A stretch of 60,091 bases of DNA, filler included, from Catajapyx aquilonaris (Eukaryota): the NCBI GenBank assembly GCA_000934665.2. It is 2 parts of 2 records of this genome, joined end to end, with 100 filler letters (N's around TTAATTAATTAA, not from the genome) between each part and the next. Parts side by side here need not be neighbours in the genome. Positions count along the whole stretch, not along the records: positions 30,100 to 60,091 come from JYFJ02004703.1; 1 more part is not named here. One strand, written 5' to 3'. The stretch's first letter is position 1, and every line of letters starts with the position of its first letter. Both the position numbers and the translations under genes were made by a program. Under the pieces are notes generated by a model, which saw nothing but the letters and a program-made list of their open reading frames with translations, was not told the DNA's origin and did not search any database. Positions 37,401-50,347 of the stretch are shown here, one piece after another.

Positions 37401-40038
37401 CGCACTATATAGCAAAGTCAGGAAAAGATTGGTTTAATAGTTTCCACTCCGCAGCGCATTATGTATTTTGTTGCCACTAGGTTCCTCGTGCCCCATGGTA
37501 TGGGGCAAGTGGAACCCTAAGTTTGTTTCTGCGTAAGAAGCTACAATAACATGAAAGGGGTAAGTGTAAAGAAAGTAAATACTCCTGTTTATTTCCTGAA
37601 CACTGCTTGGCGGGCGGTCGTGAAGTGCTTTGTCAAGTCAGCGAGCGCCCACTCTTACCACTAGGTGACAGCAATAGTGCAATGTAAATCCAGTAGGTGG
37701 GGACACAATCCAAGCAGTCATATCTCTGCAATATCCGTGGGTTCCACTTACCCCACATTTCCACTTACCCTGGTGTACCTTATAAGATTATTATGCTTGG
37801 TTATATAGGTTTGCAGTTTCAAATGCTTTTGAACAACAAGCATCAGGTGCAGTGTTGGATTTTATGGGTGACGATGCTGATATGTTACGGCACCAGAAGA
37901 ACTTGTTGGTTTGGGATCAGAAGAAAAAGAAATACATCAAGGGTGGAAAGGTATGGTATTCTTACAGGCTCACTTACAGGTTGTATGTGATAGGAGACCA
38001 CTGGAATCTTTTGAATAATCTTTTACAGGACTTGAAGAAAAAGAAAGTCCTAACTGAGTCTGGAACATGGATATCTGCTTCATATAAGAGTGATGCATAC
38101 AAACGGTGGCGTGGAAAGAATCAAATGGATCAAGAGAGACAGGAAAGCAGTGATGAGGAAGAAGTTCACAGAGGCAAGGAAGGTAAAAAAGGTGAGTCAC
38201 ATTATGTAGCAGAAGAATGCATTGTGACAATGTAGAGGTTCTAATATAGCCAGTCTGCATGGTCTAGTCGTTATTAAATTAAGTGTAAGCGGAAATTAAA
38301 ATGTCCGTATTGTGCATACATTACTTGCTAAATTGTTATTATTGTTGTTGCTAAATTTAAGCGATATGCATATAAATATATTAGTACTTAAATTAACGTT
38401 TTGTGATATAACACTATGACCCCCCCATCTATAATATTAAAATCCTTGCGGTGTTTGACCGAGCCCTCTGATTGGTCCGCCCCCATATTGTTGCCGCCAC
38501 CTCTTCCTATTGGCCCCCGTCCATTGTTACTGTATTCAAGACGTATTGTTACCATGATGCCTCCGATTGGCCCCTGTTCCGAGCATGTGCAATGGGGGTG
38601 GGACCTGTTCAGTTGCTATTGACCTCCACGGGTAAAGGTCACTTTTTTTCGTCTCTCCCACTGCCATCATCACCCGGACCTTTTCCCCTTCTCCACCCAC
38701 CCTACCTGACCCCCCCATGTGTCCCCCCTTCGCCGCGGGTCGCTGGTTATTGAAAAATGGCCGTATGCACTGGTGTAGAAATGTCAGTTCGAAATTCGAA
38801 CATTGCCATTGCTGTTCGCACTGCTTTGGAACTGCGCGCGTAGGCCTACCCATGCGGTGCTTTCACAGATGGGAAGTACAGTGCACTGTCTTCGAGGCAC
38901 TTCTTTTGGTGTAGTGTCGGAAACTGACTACCGTGGAATACGTAGAATCGAACGTAAGAAGGCGGGTTGCAAATCTCTCGTGTTCGAATCAGCCTGGAAT
39001 GTATATTGTTGGTTTTCCAGTTGTGCCAACTGGCAGGTTTTTTACAGTCAGTAAAGGTTGAGCTGGCACAACTGGCAGTGCGGATTATCCGTGCATCATC
39101 ATAATATAAACATTTTAAGTCCGAAAAAATGTGTAATATTTGCCCCATTGCTAGATAATGTACCAGCCCCCTTATTGCGTGAATCTCCGGAGTCCCACCC
39201 ACCAGCTTCTACGCCACAGTACATGGAGCGACAGCCCTCACTGCGACGAAAATTATTACTAATTCATTGAGAACGGAGGGGGAAAGGAACCGGAATGAAT
39301 GGACCATGCCTACTAGATTTGAATTGGGAGTTTTGGGAGTTGAATTGGGATTTGGGAGTCTTGGTTCGTCGAGTTCCCCCACCAGGTTTGCTGTATGTGG
39401 TCCGGCGTAGAGCACTAAAAAACGGGACGAAAGCGCCACAAACTCAAGCGATGCGGCATGCTATCTAACTACTGATAAGCCTCTCCTTGCCTCTCAAAAA
39501 TCACGGGGGTTTGGGGGGGGGGGGGNNNNNATGTGAAAAAAAACGGAGTTGCACTGGGGTTACCCTCGTAAATAGACTAGAAATTTAAAGTTAGCATAAA
39601 TATATGTTACTTTGAACTGCATTGCAATGCTTGCAATCATCCAGAATAATGCATATTTTTTCCATTCATTGTTATCACAGCCAGCAATTAATAACATGCA
39701 AAAATAGTTTTTCAAAAAAAAATGCACTGTCAGTACTCACAATCAGTAGTGCAACAAAATCTTAAAACTCACTCCTATTCACTAACAAGTAAGTTACTAC
39801 CCATAGAAATTGTAATTAATGCTACTTTTCCAATCTGATTTCTCTAGGCAAGGCTACTACTGTTGGACGAGGGGAACCTAGGAATAACAGCAGCATGGCT
39901 AGAAAATCTCCTGGTGGGAAGAAAGGAAAGCGGGAGCTTCTGACACCGGAAGAGATTTGGAAGGCCAGACGCTTGAAGGCACTCCGCAGGTGGAGAAGCA
40001 GGAAAAAGAAGGGACAGAAAAATGCTAAGAAGAGATGA
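34442..40038 (+). CDS. DDX54: DEAD-box RNA helicase DDX54/DBP10 (~782 aa). Exons 34442-34858, 35024-35503, 35829-36272, 36649-36843, 36909-37225, 37809-37950, 38029-38191, 39848-40038
   Basis: [48 protein letters not shown] and [11 protein letters not shown], plus family-type [22 protein letters not shown] and [13 protein letters not shown]. All introns are GT-AG and the exons total 2349 nt in frame. AATAAA at 40044-40049. Confidence 0.93.
37283..37780. mobile_element. Tc1/mariner-pogo-like MITE in a DDX54 intron (498 bp)
   Basis: TIR AGGTACACC(G/A)GGGTAAGTGGAA, TA on both sides, and internal copies of GGG(G/C)AAGTGGAA. Confidence 0.8.
38428..39580 (+). mobile_element. Probable Helitron-like insertion in the last DDX54 intron
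   Basis: GC-richer block starting A|TCTATAATATTAAAA, which resembles a Helitron 5' end. There is a CTAG near 39577, but the 3' end is not canonical. Confidence 0.3.
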
Positions 40039-40793
40039 TTGATAATAAATTTTGAATTGGTTCCACTTTGCAATTTACCTTCTTTTCGCTTGCCTTCTTG
40101 GCACATGGGCCAACATTTCTGAAATGGCCACTTTTTCCTAGATGTTTCTTTCAATACCTGTGCAGATAGTGACTGGCTCCAGTCCAATACCAAGGGCCTT
40201 ATGCTGTTGCATTCATGCCCAATTGGAATGCTCAAGGTTGTGACACAGAAAATTTCCACGGTTAGACAGACCCTTCCCTATACTATCATAGAAGCCGCCC
40301 TGCGCCAGAGCTGTGCAGCTGTTTTATTTTGGTTCACAAATACAACAAGTTGTGATATCATTGACTTGACAATTTATAATGGGCATTCCCACTGATTTTT
40401 TAGTGGCAAAAATGCCAGAATTATCCTGTAAGCAATGTCAGAGTGCACTCAAATCAGCATACCTCCAAGGTGCATGCCTGTCTGGTTAAGGAAAGCCGTT
40501 TTTTTCCCCCTTCACCTGCCAAAATTTTCCTGGAGGTTGTACAGTACATGATGATGACTGATAAAATGAAGTGACTCAGTTTTGTTTCCCATACAGCCCT
40601 GCAATCCTTCAGCGGAACCTACTCGCTCCTGACAGATCTACACAATTTTGATGATTGCAATTTACTTGACTGTCGTATTAACTTCATTCATAGATTCAGT
40701 TATATAATATTCACTCATGTAATAATAACAATAATCCTAATCATCCGGGTAGTGCTTGACCTCATTGTGAGGTATGTAGCATGGTCCTTTATT

Positions 40794-40938
40794 GTACTAT
40801 CGGGTTCAAATACTTTTGACCACTTTATCCTGGTCTTGAAGCAACCCTTCGTACAGACCCCACGTTAAGGTGAGTGTGTGTGAAGGGTTGCTTCAAGACC
40901 AGGATAAAGTGGCCAAAAGTATTTGAACCCGATAGTAC
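40794..40938. repeat. Near-perfect hairpin or mini-MITE (57-bp arms, one mismatch, ~31-nt loop)
   Basis: GTACTATCGGGTTCAAATACTTTTGACCACTTTATCCTGGTCTTGAAGCAACCCTTC and its reverse complement, with TA next to both ends. A second small hairpin lies at ~40953-40988. Confidence 0.9.
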
Positions 40939-41650
40939 CTCGGATAATGTACTACCAGGAGCTAATATAAGTTATTAGCTCTTGGTACTACACAACTGGA
41001 ACCTTGAGCCTTGAGCAAAGCGCCTGGGCCTACGGGCAGGGTGACTGGGAGGGGATGTGCAATGTCGTTGCTTGGTCATTTTGGATACTCCCCCGGGTGG
41101 TTAGTCTGAAGATATCCCACCCGAGACTACGCCAGAGACGACCCAACTCTGTACGAGTTGAAGGGAAGGGAGTGAAAAGCCGTGCCCTGGCCATACGTTA
41201 CCGCCCGCAGAGCCACTCTGCCTCCCCTTTTCATGTTATGAGTAGGTTTAACGTTTAATGGCAGTAAAAATTGCAATTATATCCGAAAAATTAGTTTAAT
41301 GAGTAAACTGTCCGTATCCGACGCTCCCTCCCGCCACCTGGTGCACTTGCACCACGCTTGCACTTCTAGATCTAGAACGATACCCTATCGTCGTAGTGCT
41401 ATCGAGATCATGACCAAGAGGCCGGAGCCCGGAGGCCATCGCTCCCTCTGGCTGCGGAGACGCCGTACTCCTTGGGCTTGACACCCGCGAACAGGGGGCA
41501 TGCTGGCATGCCTTTGTTTTTGGACCACCCAAGTCGACAGCTTCAGAGCAGTTATGGGCTAGGCGGCTAGCTCACTATCACTTCAGCATGACGACAGCGT
41601 GGTGAGGAGGAAGAGTTGGGCGCATTCGGGGTAAGGCACCGGGAATTTCT

Positions 41651-41786
41651 GGCCACAACAAGCCATAACACAAGCCGGTCGCACTCATCAGATGATATGA
41701 AATCATGAATTTGTGGGCCACAACAAGCCATAACACAAGCCGGTCGCACTCATCAGATGATATGAAATCATGAATTTGTGGGCCAC
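41651..41786. repeat. Perfect 65-bp tandem duplication upstream of the smo ATG
   Basis: The unit starts GGCCAC at 41651 and 41716, with a partial third start at 41781. Confidence 0.95.
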
Positions 41787-41846
41787 TACAATGAGTAAAG
41801 TACTGTCATGTGTAATTAATCATTTTTAAAACAACAGGTATACCCC

Positions 41847-44800
41847 ATGTACATGATGATCGTCGTGATAGCGCTACTCTGCTACCTCGTGATGCAGGTG
41901 GAGCCTATGCCCACCACCACACATCTCCCAGTGCCAACAGAAAATGCCTCGGAGCCGGATCCAACCATCCAGCCCAGGCTGACAGTACAACCCTCAAATT
42001 CAACCTATGGTCTGTTATTTCCCTTGGGCCGTGGGGTGAAAGACCAAGAGCGAGGTGCTGGGAGTCACATAGACCAGATCACATACTGTAAACGCCCAGC
42101 ACGATGTGAGCCCCTTCAGTTCACTACTTGTATGGGCACAAAGCTCCCCTATTCTCAGACCACCTTGGACACTTTGGATGGCTTATTTGTGTCCCAGCAA
42201 GATGTCCAAGAGAAGTTGGAACAGTGGCAGAACCTCAGAAATCTGCCTAAATGCTGGGCTGTTATTCAGCCACTTCTCTGTGCAGTCTACATGCCCAAAT
42301 GTGAGGATGGAATGGTTACACTCCCATCACAGGTAAAAAAATTCCAATACGCTTTACTACTTCTGAGAACATTCAGCTAATTGAAATTCCATTTTGTAGT
42401 AAAATAGGATGTTTAATACATATAACTGGTTTTTTTTTAAATCAGGAGATGTGCAAGGTCACTCGGTCCCCATGCAGCACGTTGGAAAAGGAATATGGAT
42501 GGCCTTCATACCTTCGATGTGACAACTTGCAAAGATTTCCATCCCTGTGCAAAGTAAGACCATTTTCTGGCAATGTTAGAAAAATGTGCAATTTTTGAGC
42601 TGCTTTTGTGAGGGTACTAGCTGATGCAGTTTCATATGCACCTAACAGCAATAATTGCTTCATTTTAGAATGATGTACGTGAGCTTAAATTCAACAATAG
42701 TGCACGGTGTGTGCGTCCATTAGTGGAAGTAGACACTCCCCATTCGTATTATGAAGGGTTTGAAGGCTGCAGTCTCCAATGTGACAATCCTCTTTTCACA
42801 CCTGAAGAACTGGAACAGATACGTGGTTTTATATCTATCGGAGGTGGAATATGTCTGGCCTGCACCATCTTCGCAGTGGTAAGGACATAGTGTAGGTTTT
42901 GCATGAAGCTGGTCTCATTGGGCATTGCTTACAGCTGACCTTTATGATTGAGTGGAAGTCTGCTCGAAAGTATCCTGGAGTTATAATCTTCTACATCAAT
43001 GGGTGCTTCTTGATTGCCTGCATTGGTTGGCTGGTGCAGTTCACATCAGACACACGCCGCAATGTAGTGTGTAAGAAAGATGGGACTTTGAGGAATCAGG
43101 AGCCAAGGTAATATCAGCCATGTTAATGCGTTCACTGTATGAAAGTCTGGGAAATGTAAGAGAATCCAGGCCAAGCTAATTGTGCATGTTTGATTGCAAA
43201 GTCACAATTTAAAATTGCTTTTATGTTGCAGTGGTGGTCAAAATATGTCATGTGTTGTGGTGTTCATTGTGGTGTACTACTTCATGATTGCTGCTGCCAT
43301 GTGGTTTGTGATGCTGACCTATTCATGGGATATCAGCTTCAAAGCACTAGGTATTGTATACTATTTATAAATTGCTGCATTGTCTACAGTCTTGGGCAGC
43401 TACCTCCAGGGTGCACATTTCATTCATGTGGGACAGTGTATTTTTTTTCACATGTGGTTGTAAACTCCTAAAATAGGAATGCTCTGTCTCATGAAGGGTA
43501 TTGAGCAGTTTTTTAAAAAAAACTAGTCATGAAAATTGGAGATTAATTTTATTTTGTAGTGTGCAAGCAGCTTTCTAATATGTACCATTTTCAGGCAAAG
43601 TTCGTGAGCACATTGATAAGAAGGCAGCATACTTCCACCTGATATCATGGTCTATTCCACTCGTTCTCACTATAACTACTATGGCCATGGGAGAAGTGGA
43701 CGCAGACAGTGTCACTGGCATTTGCTTCGTCAGTGCAACTAACCTGTATGTGCGAGTTGCTTTCCTGTTGGTGCCAATTGGGATTGCTTTGATTGTTGGG
43801 TATTTCTTCCTGGCAAGAGGTGAGTCAAATGTGTTTGCTGCCATGCATTTGCATAATTGTATTTCAATTTCTTACATGCAGCTGGCTTGGTAAGTTACCA
43901 GGTGTGAACCGCTTCAGCCACATCCTCCCTTTGAAGAGACTGATGCTTAATTTTAGAAATATTTTTATCAAGTGATTGGCATTCTGACTTTTCAATTGGT
44001 AAAATTGTTTTAAATAAGTTAAGAGAGTATTTTACATAATATCAAAGCTCTTCAAGAGGCATACCTGAGATTATGTTGGTTTTTTGCTATAATCTGTCAG
44101 ATCATGTAAATGCTGTGATTTCAAAATTGAGCCGCATTTCCTCTTCATTGTTGTTTTCCAGTGCAATTATCCAATTTATTAATTTTCACCCACATAACTT
44201 ATTCATGACTTCGGCTGGAGTGTGTAATCAATAGTATGTCCAAAGCAAACGGCTGATCCATATTATTCAGTGTTGGTAAAAATATTCTAATCAAGGGTCA
44301 ACCAGTTGTTCAGGGTTTACAGTTGATCGCACCCTGCCCATAGTGCAGCAGAGGTATAACTACATACACATAATGTTGTGTCTCATGAGATTTTATTGCA
44401 GGTCTGGTCACACTAGTGAAGCTGAGGGTGGGAAGTCGTGATTTAATATCAGAAACAGCTAGTGCAAAGATCCACTCCAGGATTATCCGCATGGGGTTGG
44501 TAGCATGTGTATCATGCTCCTTCTTCGTGGTGACTCTTGTGTGCCATGTGTATGAGTATAACAATTGGCCAGCATGGCAGGCAGCTCTCAGGAAGTATAT
44601 CATGTAAGTGTCTGTATTACGTTCTACAATCTAGAGTGAGCTTAAGTAGATGTGTGACTTCCTGCTGATTCAGAGAGAGAAAATAATTCCCACAAAATCT
44701 TGTGATGATGTGTCGCAGTCTACAATTTTACACTAATCAGCATGAAGTCTCGATCCCGTTACATAGAGTGTAACACCAAAAATTTAAAGTTATTGCATAA

Positions 44801-46610
44801 TTGACATGACAAATGTGTATTGGGGGAATGCTTTATAAACCGGTTTCTATTTCCAGATGTGAATCAATGCTGACAGAAGCTTTGGAAGATATGCCTGGTG
44901 AAGGAGGTCCATGTCGCCTTCGAAACCGTCCTAACCCTTCCATGGTTGAGCTGCATCTGCTGGCAATGTTTGGCTCTGGCATTCTCCAGTCCTCTTGGGT
45001 GTGGACCAAGGCAACTGTTGATGCCTGGAAACGAATGCTGAGGAGACGGTTTCGACGTGAAGAATATGAAGACCAACCTGTTAAGGTGAAGAAGCACAAG
45101 GTCATAGCCCAGGCCTTTGCCAAGAGGAAGAACCTGAACAGTGTTGGACGACTTTCCATCAGCTTCCGGAGTTCCCATGCTGATCCTGTTGGTATGAAAA
45201 TTCTGCATGCTTTTGTAGATTGGTTTCATGCCTTTCTTAATGATAGAGACTGATAGTGTGAAAATTGCGTAAAATAGTGTATAGTGTGAAGGGTGTGTTC
45301 CTCTATACCAAGTACCATACATGATTGAGAGTTCAATTAAGATTACAAATAAAGATTCATCTGTCAGCAATTTTTTTTTAATGTTGCTGTGCAATGCTAA
45401 GTAATTAGTGCACCTACAGTGATGAAACTAATGATGAAGAATCCTGATTGGGATGAAATAAGGGTACCCATTTGTATTTTGGACCTAGACTCTCATTATT
45501 GTTATTTGTGTATTTTATTTTTTAAACTTTCCACATGGAGTCCCTTGAGCATTGGGCACTTCTTTGGCTGTACTGCCTAAACCACCCTAGTTTTGAAACT
45601 ACATATCCATACTCAATCACTATTAACACCAACTTGTCTGTTTTGCTGCAGGCATGAACTTCGACCTCAGCAGTGCTGCCTCACAGGATGTCAGCTCTGA
45701 TTGGGCAGCAGCTCTCCCCAAATTCATGTCTCGTCGTGGGGCCATTATTGCTGCATCATCAGTTACTAATTCTCTTCGGCGCCACAGTTCAGCTGATTCT
45801 TCCTTGAGTGCATACTCAATTCGGCGATTGTCTGTTGACTCTCACCGCTCCCGCTCAATTCTGTCACTCTCGAGGCCCAAACGACAACATCGTAGGCACT
45901 CCCTGGACTCTCTCATATCGTTGAGGGACTCAGATGTTGTGAGGCTTGCGGCCATCCACTCCAGAGCTATTGCTAAAGGTAATGGGGAGGGTGACACTGC
46001 TCCAACAAGAAGACAACGCAGAGGCCAACGTGCAATGCGTGTTGGTCCCTTATTTCGTCGACGAAGACGTGCTGGGAGCACAACATCACATGACAGCACA
46101 ATTGGGTCGCAGTCACAAGTGCTTCCTGCTATTACTGTCAATGCAGAACCTGAGTCACCAGCAGTGGCATCGCGACGATGGTCATTGTCACGTTATGCCC
46201 GTGACACTGACACTGAGTCAAGCCTGACATTTGATCCCAGTAAAGAAATAGCAGCACTTCTGAACGAAAAGAAAGAGCCTCTGCTGCGTAATGGTCAGAC
46301 CTCTTCATACCTGGATGAGAAGCTGCAGCAGCTATTAAATCAGAGTTATGGCAGCTGCACCCGAAGCGATTCGAGAGGTGGGCGAAACAGTAGTAACCAG
46401 GTAGAAATTGGATCAAAGAAAGAAGATAAATCAACACAAACAGTAATTGAAACTGAGAGCCGCTCAGTGCAAGTGTCACCTTTACCAGATGGGTCACCAG
46501 ACAAAAAGTGTAGGAAAGGCTGTTGCTCCCATCTGCCAGACCATCAGAAGAAACGGCGGAAGCGGAGGAATGCAGCAGAGGCTTCAGATGTTGCAGAGGC
46601 TGCTGTGTGA
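41847..46610 (+). CDS. smo: Smoothened (class F GPCR, ~938 aa). Exons 41847-42332, 42446-42553, 42669-42878, 42935-43107, 43232-43350, 43595-43819, 44402-44603, 44857-45191, 45652-46610
   Basis: Signal peptide; CRD [69 protein letters not shown]; TM7 FGSGILQSSWVWTKAT; KKHKVIAQAFAKR; long Ser/Arg tail. All introns are GT-AG and the exons total 2817 nt in frame. Confidence 0.96.
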
Positions 46611-47131
46611 TGCATACTCATGTCAGATAATGTCAATACTCATGTCGCATTTACCAGTTGACTTAAGAATCTTGTGTTTCATATGTCCCAGTCAACTCTT
46701 GTCATACTAATAACTAAATTGAATCTCAGATGACAATCATATATCATACAAGTAGTAGTATTATTTTGCATTGTTTACAAAGCGTGGCATGTGCTACTTT
46801 TTTATGTTCAGAGACTGGCAATACCAGATAAGTAGGTTGTTTTTTTTGTACTACATAAAATGATTTTTTTGCATATCCACAGCATTTGATTGCCCTCTAA
46901 AAATTAATCATAATATCCATTACTGACTCAATATTACTGGTATGAGTCTCCCTCCTTTTCAGGGTCACTGGGTGGAATTTTCAACCCCTCCCTTCCTCAT
47001 AGTCACACATCATGAATTACAAAATTATTACCAAGCTGACATGGCACTTCCTTAATGTTAATTTGACCGTTACACATATTGGTCACTTTGGTTACCATAA
47101 GAAAAAAGAAGTAGGAACACTGCTTGTTGAG

Positions 47132-50100
47132 CTAAGCCATCTTCCCGTTTGGTTTGCTCTTAATACTGAAGGTAATTTCCCTCAGCGGCTTCACCAGAAC
47201 TGAGCTCCCTGAAACGGTAAGCACTTGTTAACAATTGTCAGGTCTCTTTTTTTTTCAGGGTTACTTACCCCATAATCTCCTAGTGAGAAAATCACCAAGT
47301 ACATAGTAGCTGAGAATCATGCCCATGCAGGCCAGGAAAGCACACACTCTTTCCCACCAGACCATTGGTTGCAGGAAAGTGTATACCCAATCATTGCTCG
47401 TGTATAATACGTGGAAAAACCTGAAAATAAAACGACCATTGCAACATCTCTGTGGTAAACAACTTCATGCTTGTTTTTGTTGCTTAGATGTAGCTATAGG
47501 CCTATATACATTAATTTGCATCCAGAATTTCTTGGCATGTGCAAGGATGTCTATAAATATGAAGCTCGCATGTTAACCAGCATATGAGTGGATGGAGAGT
47601 ACCATTATAAAAAATTTGCCAATCACTGATAGTAAAATGTACATAACGTACCATGAGACATATGTGAGTTCAAATCCAAGGAGGTACATGAGTCCTTTCC
47701 ATCTTGGTGGATATGCATGCCGGCAGAGGATGAGATCAGTGAGTATCACTGGGAGAGGAGAAGTGTGGGTGACATGATTCAGCAGTGTAGAGTATCCTGT
47801 GTCTTTCAGGATTGGAATCACATAATCATGTTTCACGGCATACACTGCCCAGAAGGTCACCACCACAAACTGGAAGAGATATAGTAGTTATATTAGTAAA
47901 GATTCCCCCTTCATCTTGTGTAGGTTAGAGTTGGGTTGTCTCTGGCTTCGTCTCGGGTGGGATTCCTTGAGACTAACCACCCGGGGAAGTTCACAAAATG
48001 ACCAAGCAATGACATTGCACTTGCACCTTGCACATCCCCTCCCAGTCACCCTGCCCGTGGGCCCAGGCGCTTTGTTAAAGATTCCAAAAAAATGTGTGTG
48101 AATGTACAAGGACATAATAAAGGTCCGTGCTACATACCTCAAGAGGTCAAGCACCACCCAGATTATTATTGTTCTTGTTGTTGTTATTGTTATTATTATT
48201 AGAAAAGATATACCGGTACCTGTCATTACAGTATGTTCTCAAAACTCTTATTCTTGAAGCTAAACACACTTACCATTCCAAGAGGGAATGCTAAAACAGA
48301 GAAGAGGAAATCTCGGAGATGCTGCAAGTTGCTCTTCTTCTTAGGGTTACTCTCATTTGTTCCAACAGCATCATTAAGGAGGCATACTGCATAATACGCG
48401 ATGTCCACATACTGTAACAGATAATTATGTTCGGCATAGCTAGTGTGACATTGTGTTGAAGGACACGCATTTTTGTACAAACTGCAATTTCAACACTAAT
48501 ATACTGAAATTCTCAATCAACATTAATTTGTTGGATTGTCATTGTGGCAGTTCCAATTTCATCAGTATTTCCATATGACTTCAAGGCAGCATGACACTGT
48601 TGTGCTCTTACGGTATAAGGCGCTGCACTGTATTGAACCTCTGACCCAGAATGTTATGCCCAGGCCAGGCGAAATAACTTATTTCTCAGTGAAAGTAGTT
48701 TCGGCAGGAGTGAATACTTTCGGTTGATTTTCTTCGTGATCGTGTTATTTCCGCATATTCTACCGTTTCTTCCCAGTTTACAAAAATTCCGACTCTCCTT
48801 ATTCAGCCATACGATCGCCGCCTTAGTTGCCTCGGCTCTCCTAATTAACCAAAACATACTATTGTACACGTAATTTAAAGGCTCTTGGCAATGATACCAG
48901 TACACGTTTTTTGCAGTAAACTATTATTAACTGTTTAACATATAGATACGCTCGCCAACTTGGAAATGATGCAAAAGAGGAAAAGTTGCTATATACTGCC
49001 CCTACTACCAGGAAACACTATTGATCCTAAACATGTCGTGCAAAGTCGTAAATCTATGATAAATCCAATAGTCACAAGGAGCCATAACTTTTATAGCGCT
49101 ATATCAACGGAGTATGCAAAACTATTTTCGCTGTTAGCACAATATTATTATTGCATGCAATTCTGGTTTATGCATGCTCTGTGCACACGTCTAATTTTAA
49201 ATAATGCACGATCTTGACAAGTTGCATAATAAGTTATAGTCTCTCAACTGACATAAGTGCATTCCTCCATAACACCTGTGTACGTAACTACTGAATCATC
49301 CTATGCCCACATGCTCATATTAGATATAAAATTGTGGATTTCCCAAGTTAGATTCGCCATTCGCGTCATCATCACTAAATGCAGCAATGTTAATTACTGC
49401 ACGTTTTTAAAAGCCACGCTCATTGCTCATGCCCTAATGACATTTTCTCCCAGCAATTTTCACTTTCGTACGCGGTGGGAATATCTCTTGACCTAGCTTC
49501 TCGTACCTACTTTCGCTAAGTTCAAATAATAAATTTGAACAATGCCCACCTACAGTGCACCTATTTCTCTATTCTAATGCAGTCGGCTACTATTTAAAAT
49601 GGGTTCGGAATTAAAACGTCCGTTCCCTGACCCCTCCCAGAATAGTTGAACGGGGACGAGGGTAGCAACAAAACAAGTGAAACGAACACGGAAGTGTCCC
49701 ACTTTCGGTGTTCTGGTCTCCTATCATCTAACCATCACCTTCACTCCTCAAGGGGAAGCGGACTACATAATCCTCGAAACAATTCAAAAATTCCCCTATC
49801 ATTATATCGCAGACCTTGAGCGTAATTATCCTGCATGTAACCTTTTTTTTTTCTTTCTTTCATACAGTAGTACTCATTCGCATTGTCTAATTTCAGCACA
49901 TGGCAATGGCATAATCCGTACACGTAAGGGTACTTCCAAATCGATATTTTAGCCGTATGCGGCACCCGTTGCGGGAAGTTTAACCTTAGCAATGACATCG
50001 ATTGGGGACCTGATTTCCGACCAGTTAACCTCGATTGTCGTGACAATATTGGTTATTTTTATCGGATGTTAAGCAAAAAAGGTGTAACTGCACTATAGGT

Positions 50101-50347
50101 TAGGGGCGAATAAATAATTGCAATTATATGACATATCGACTTATTAATAATATTTACGTGCCATATTCCACATGGTGAGAAACCTAAATCGTCCTCCGTA
50201 CGCGGACCTCTTGGCAGGTGGAAGTGTTTCTTGTAGTACCCATCTGTCGTACATAAGGGCAGAACAGAGGATCCCGAGAGCCAGAGAATGCACCAGCACG
50301 TGCACCACACCCCCGCCTCGTATTCGGAATCCGACACTAATTTCCAT
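47132..50347 (-). CDS. AIG1/ADTRP (FAR-17a) family membrane hydrolase, paralog A (~256 aa). Exons 50347-50162, 48411-48274, 47869-47652, 47420-47269, 47208-47132
   Basis: YGGRFRFLTMWN, LRDFLFSVLAFPLG, LLNHVTHTSPLP and WVYTFL. The exons sum to 771 nt, provided the first intron uses a GC donor. Confidence 0.82.
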
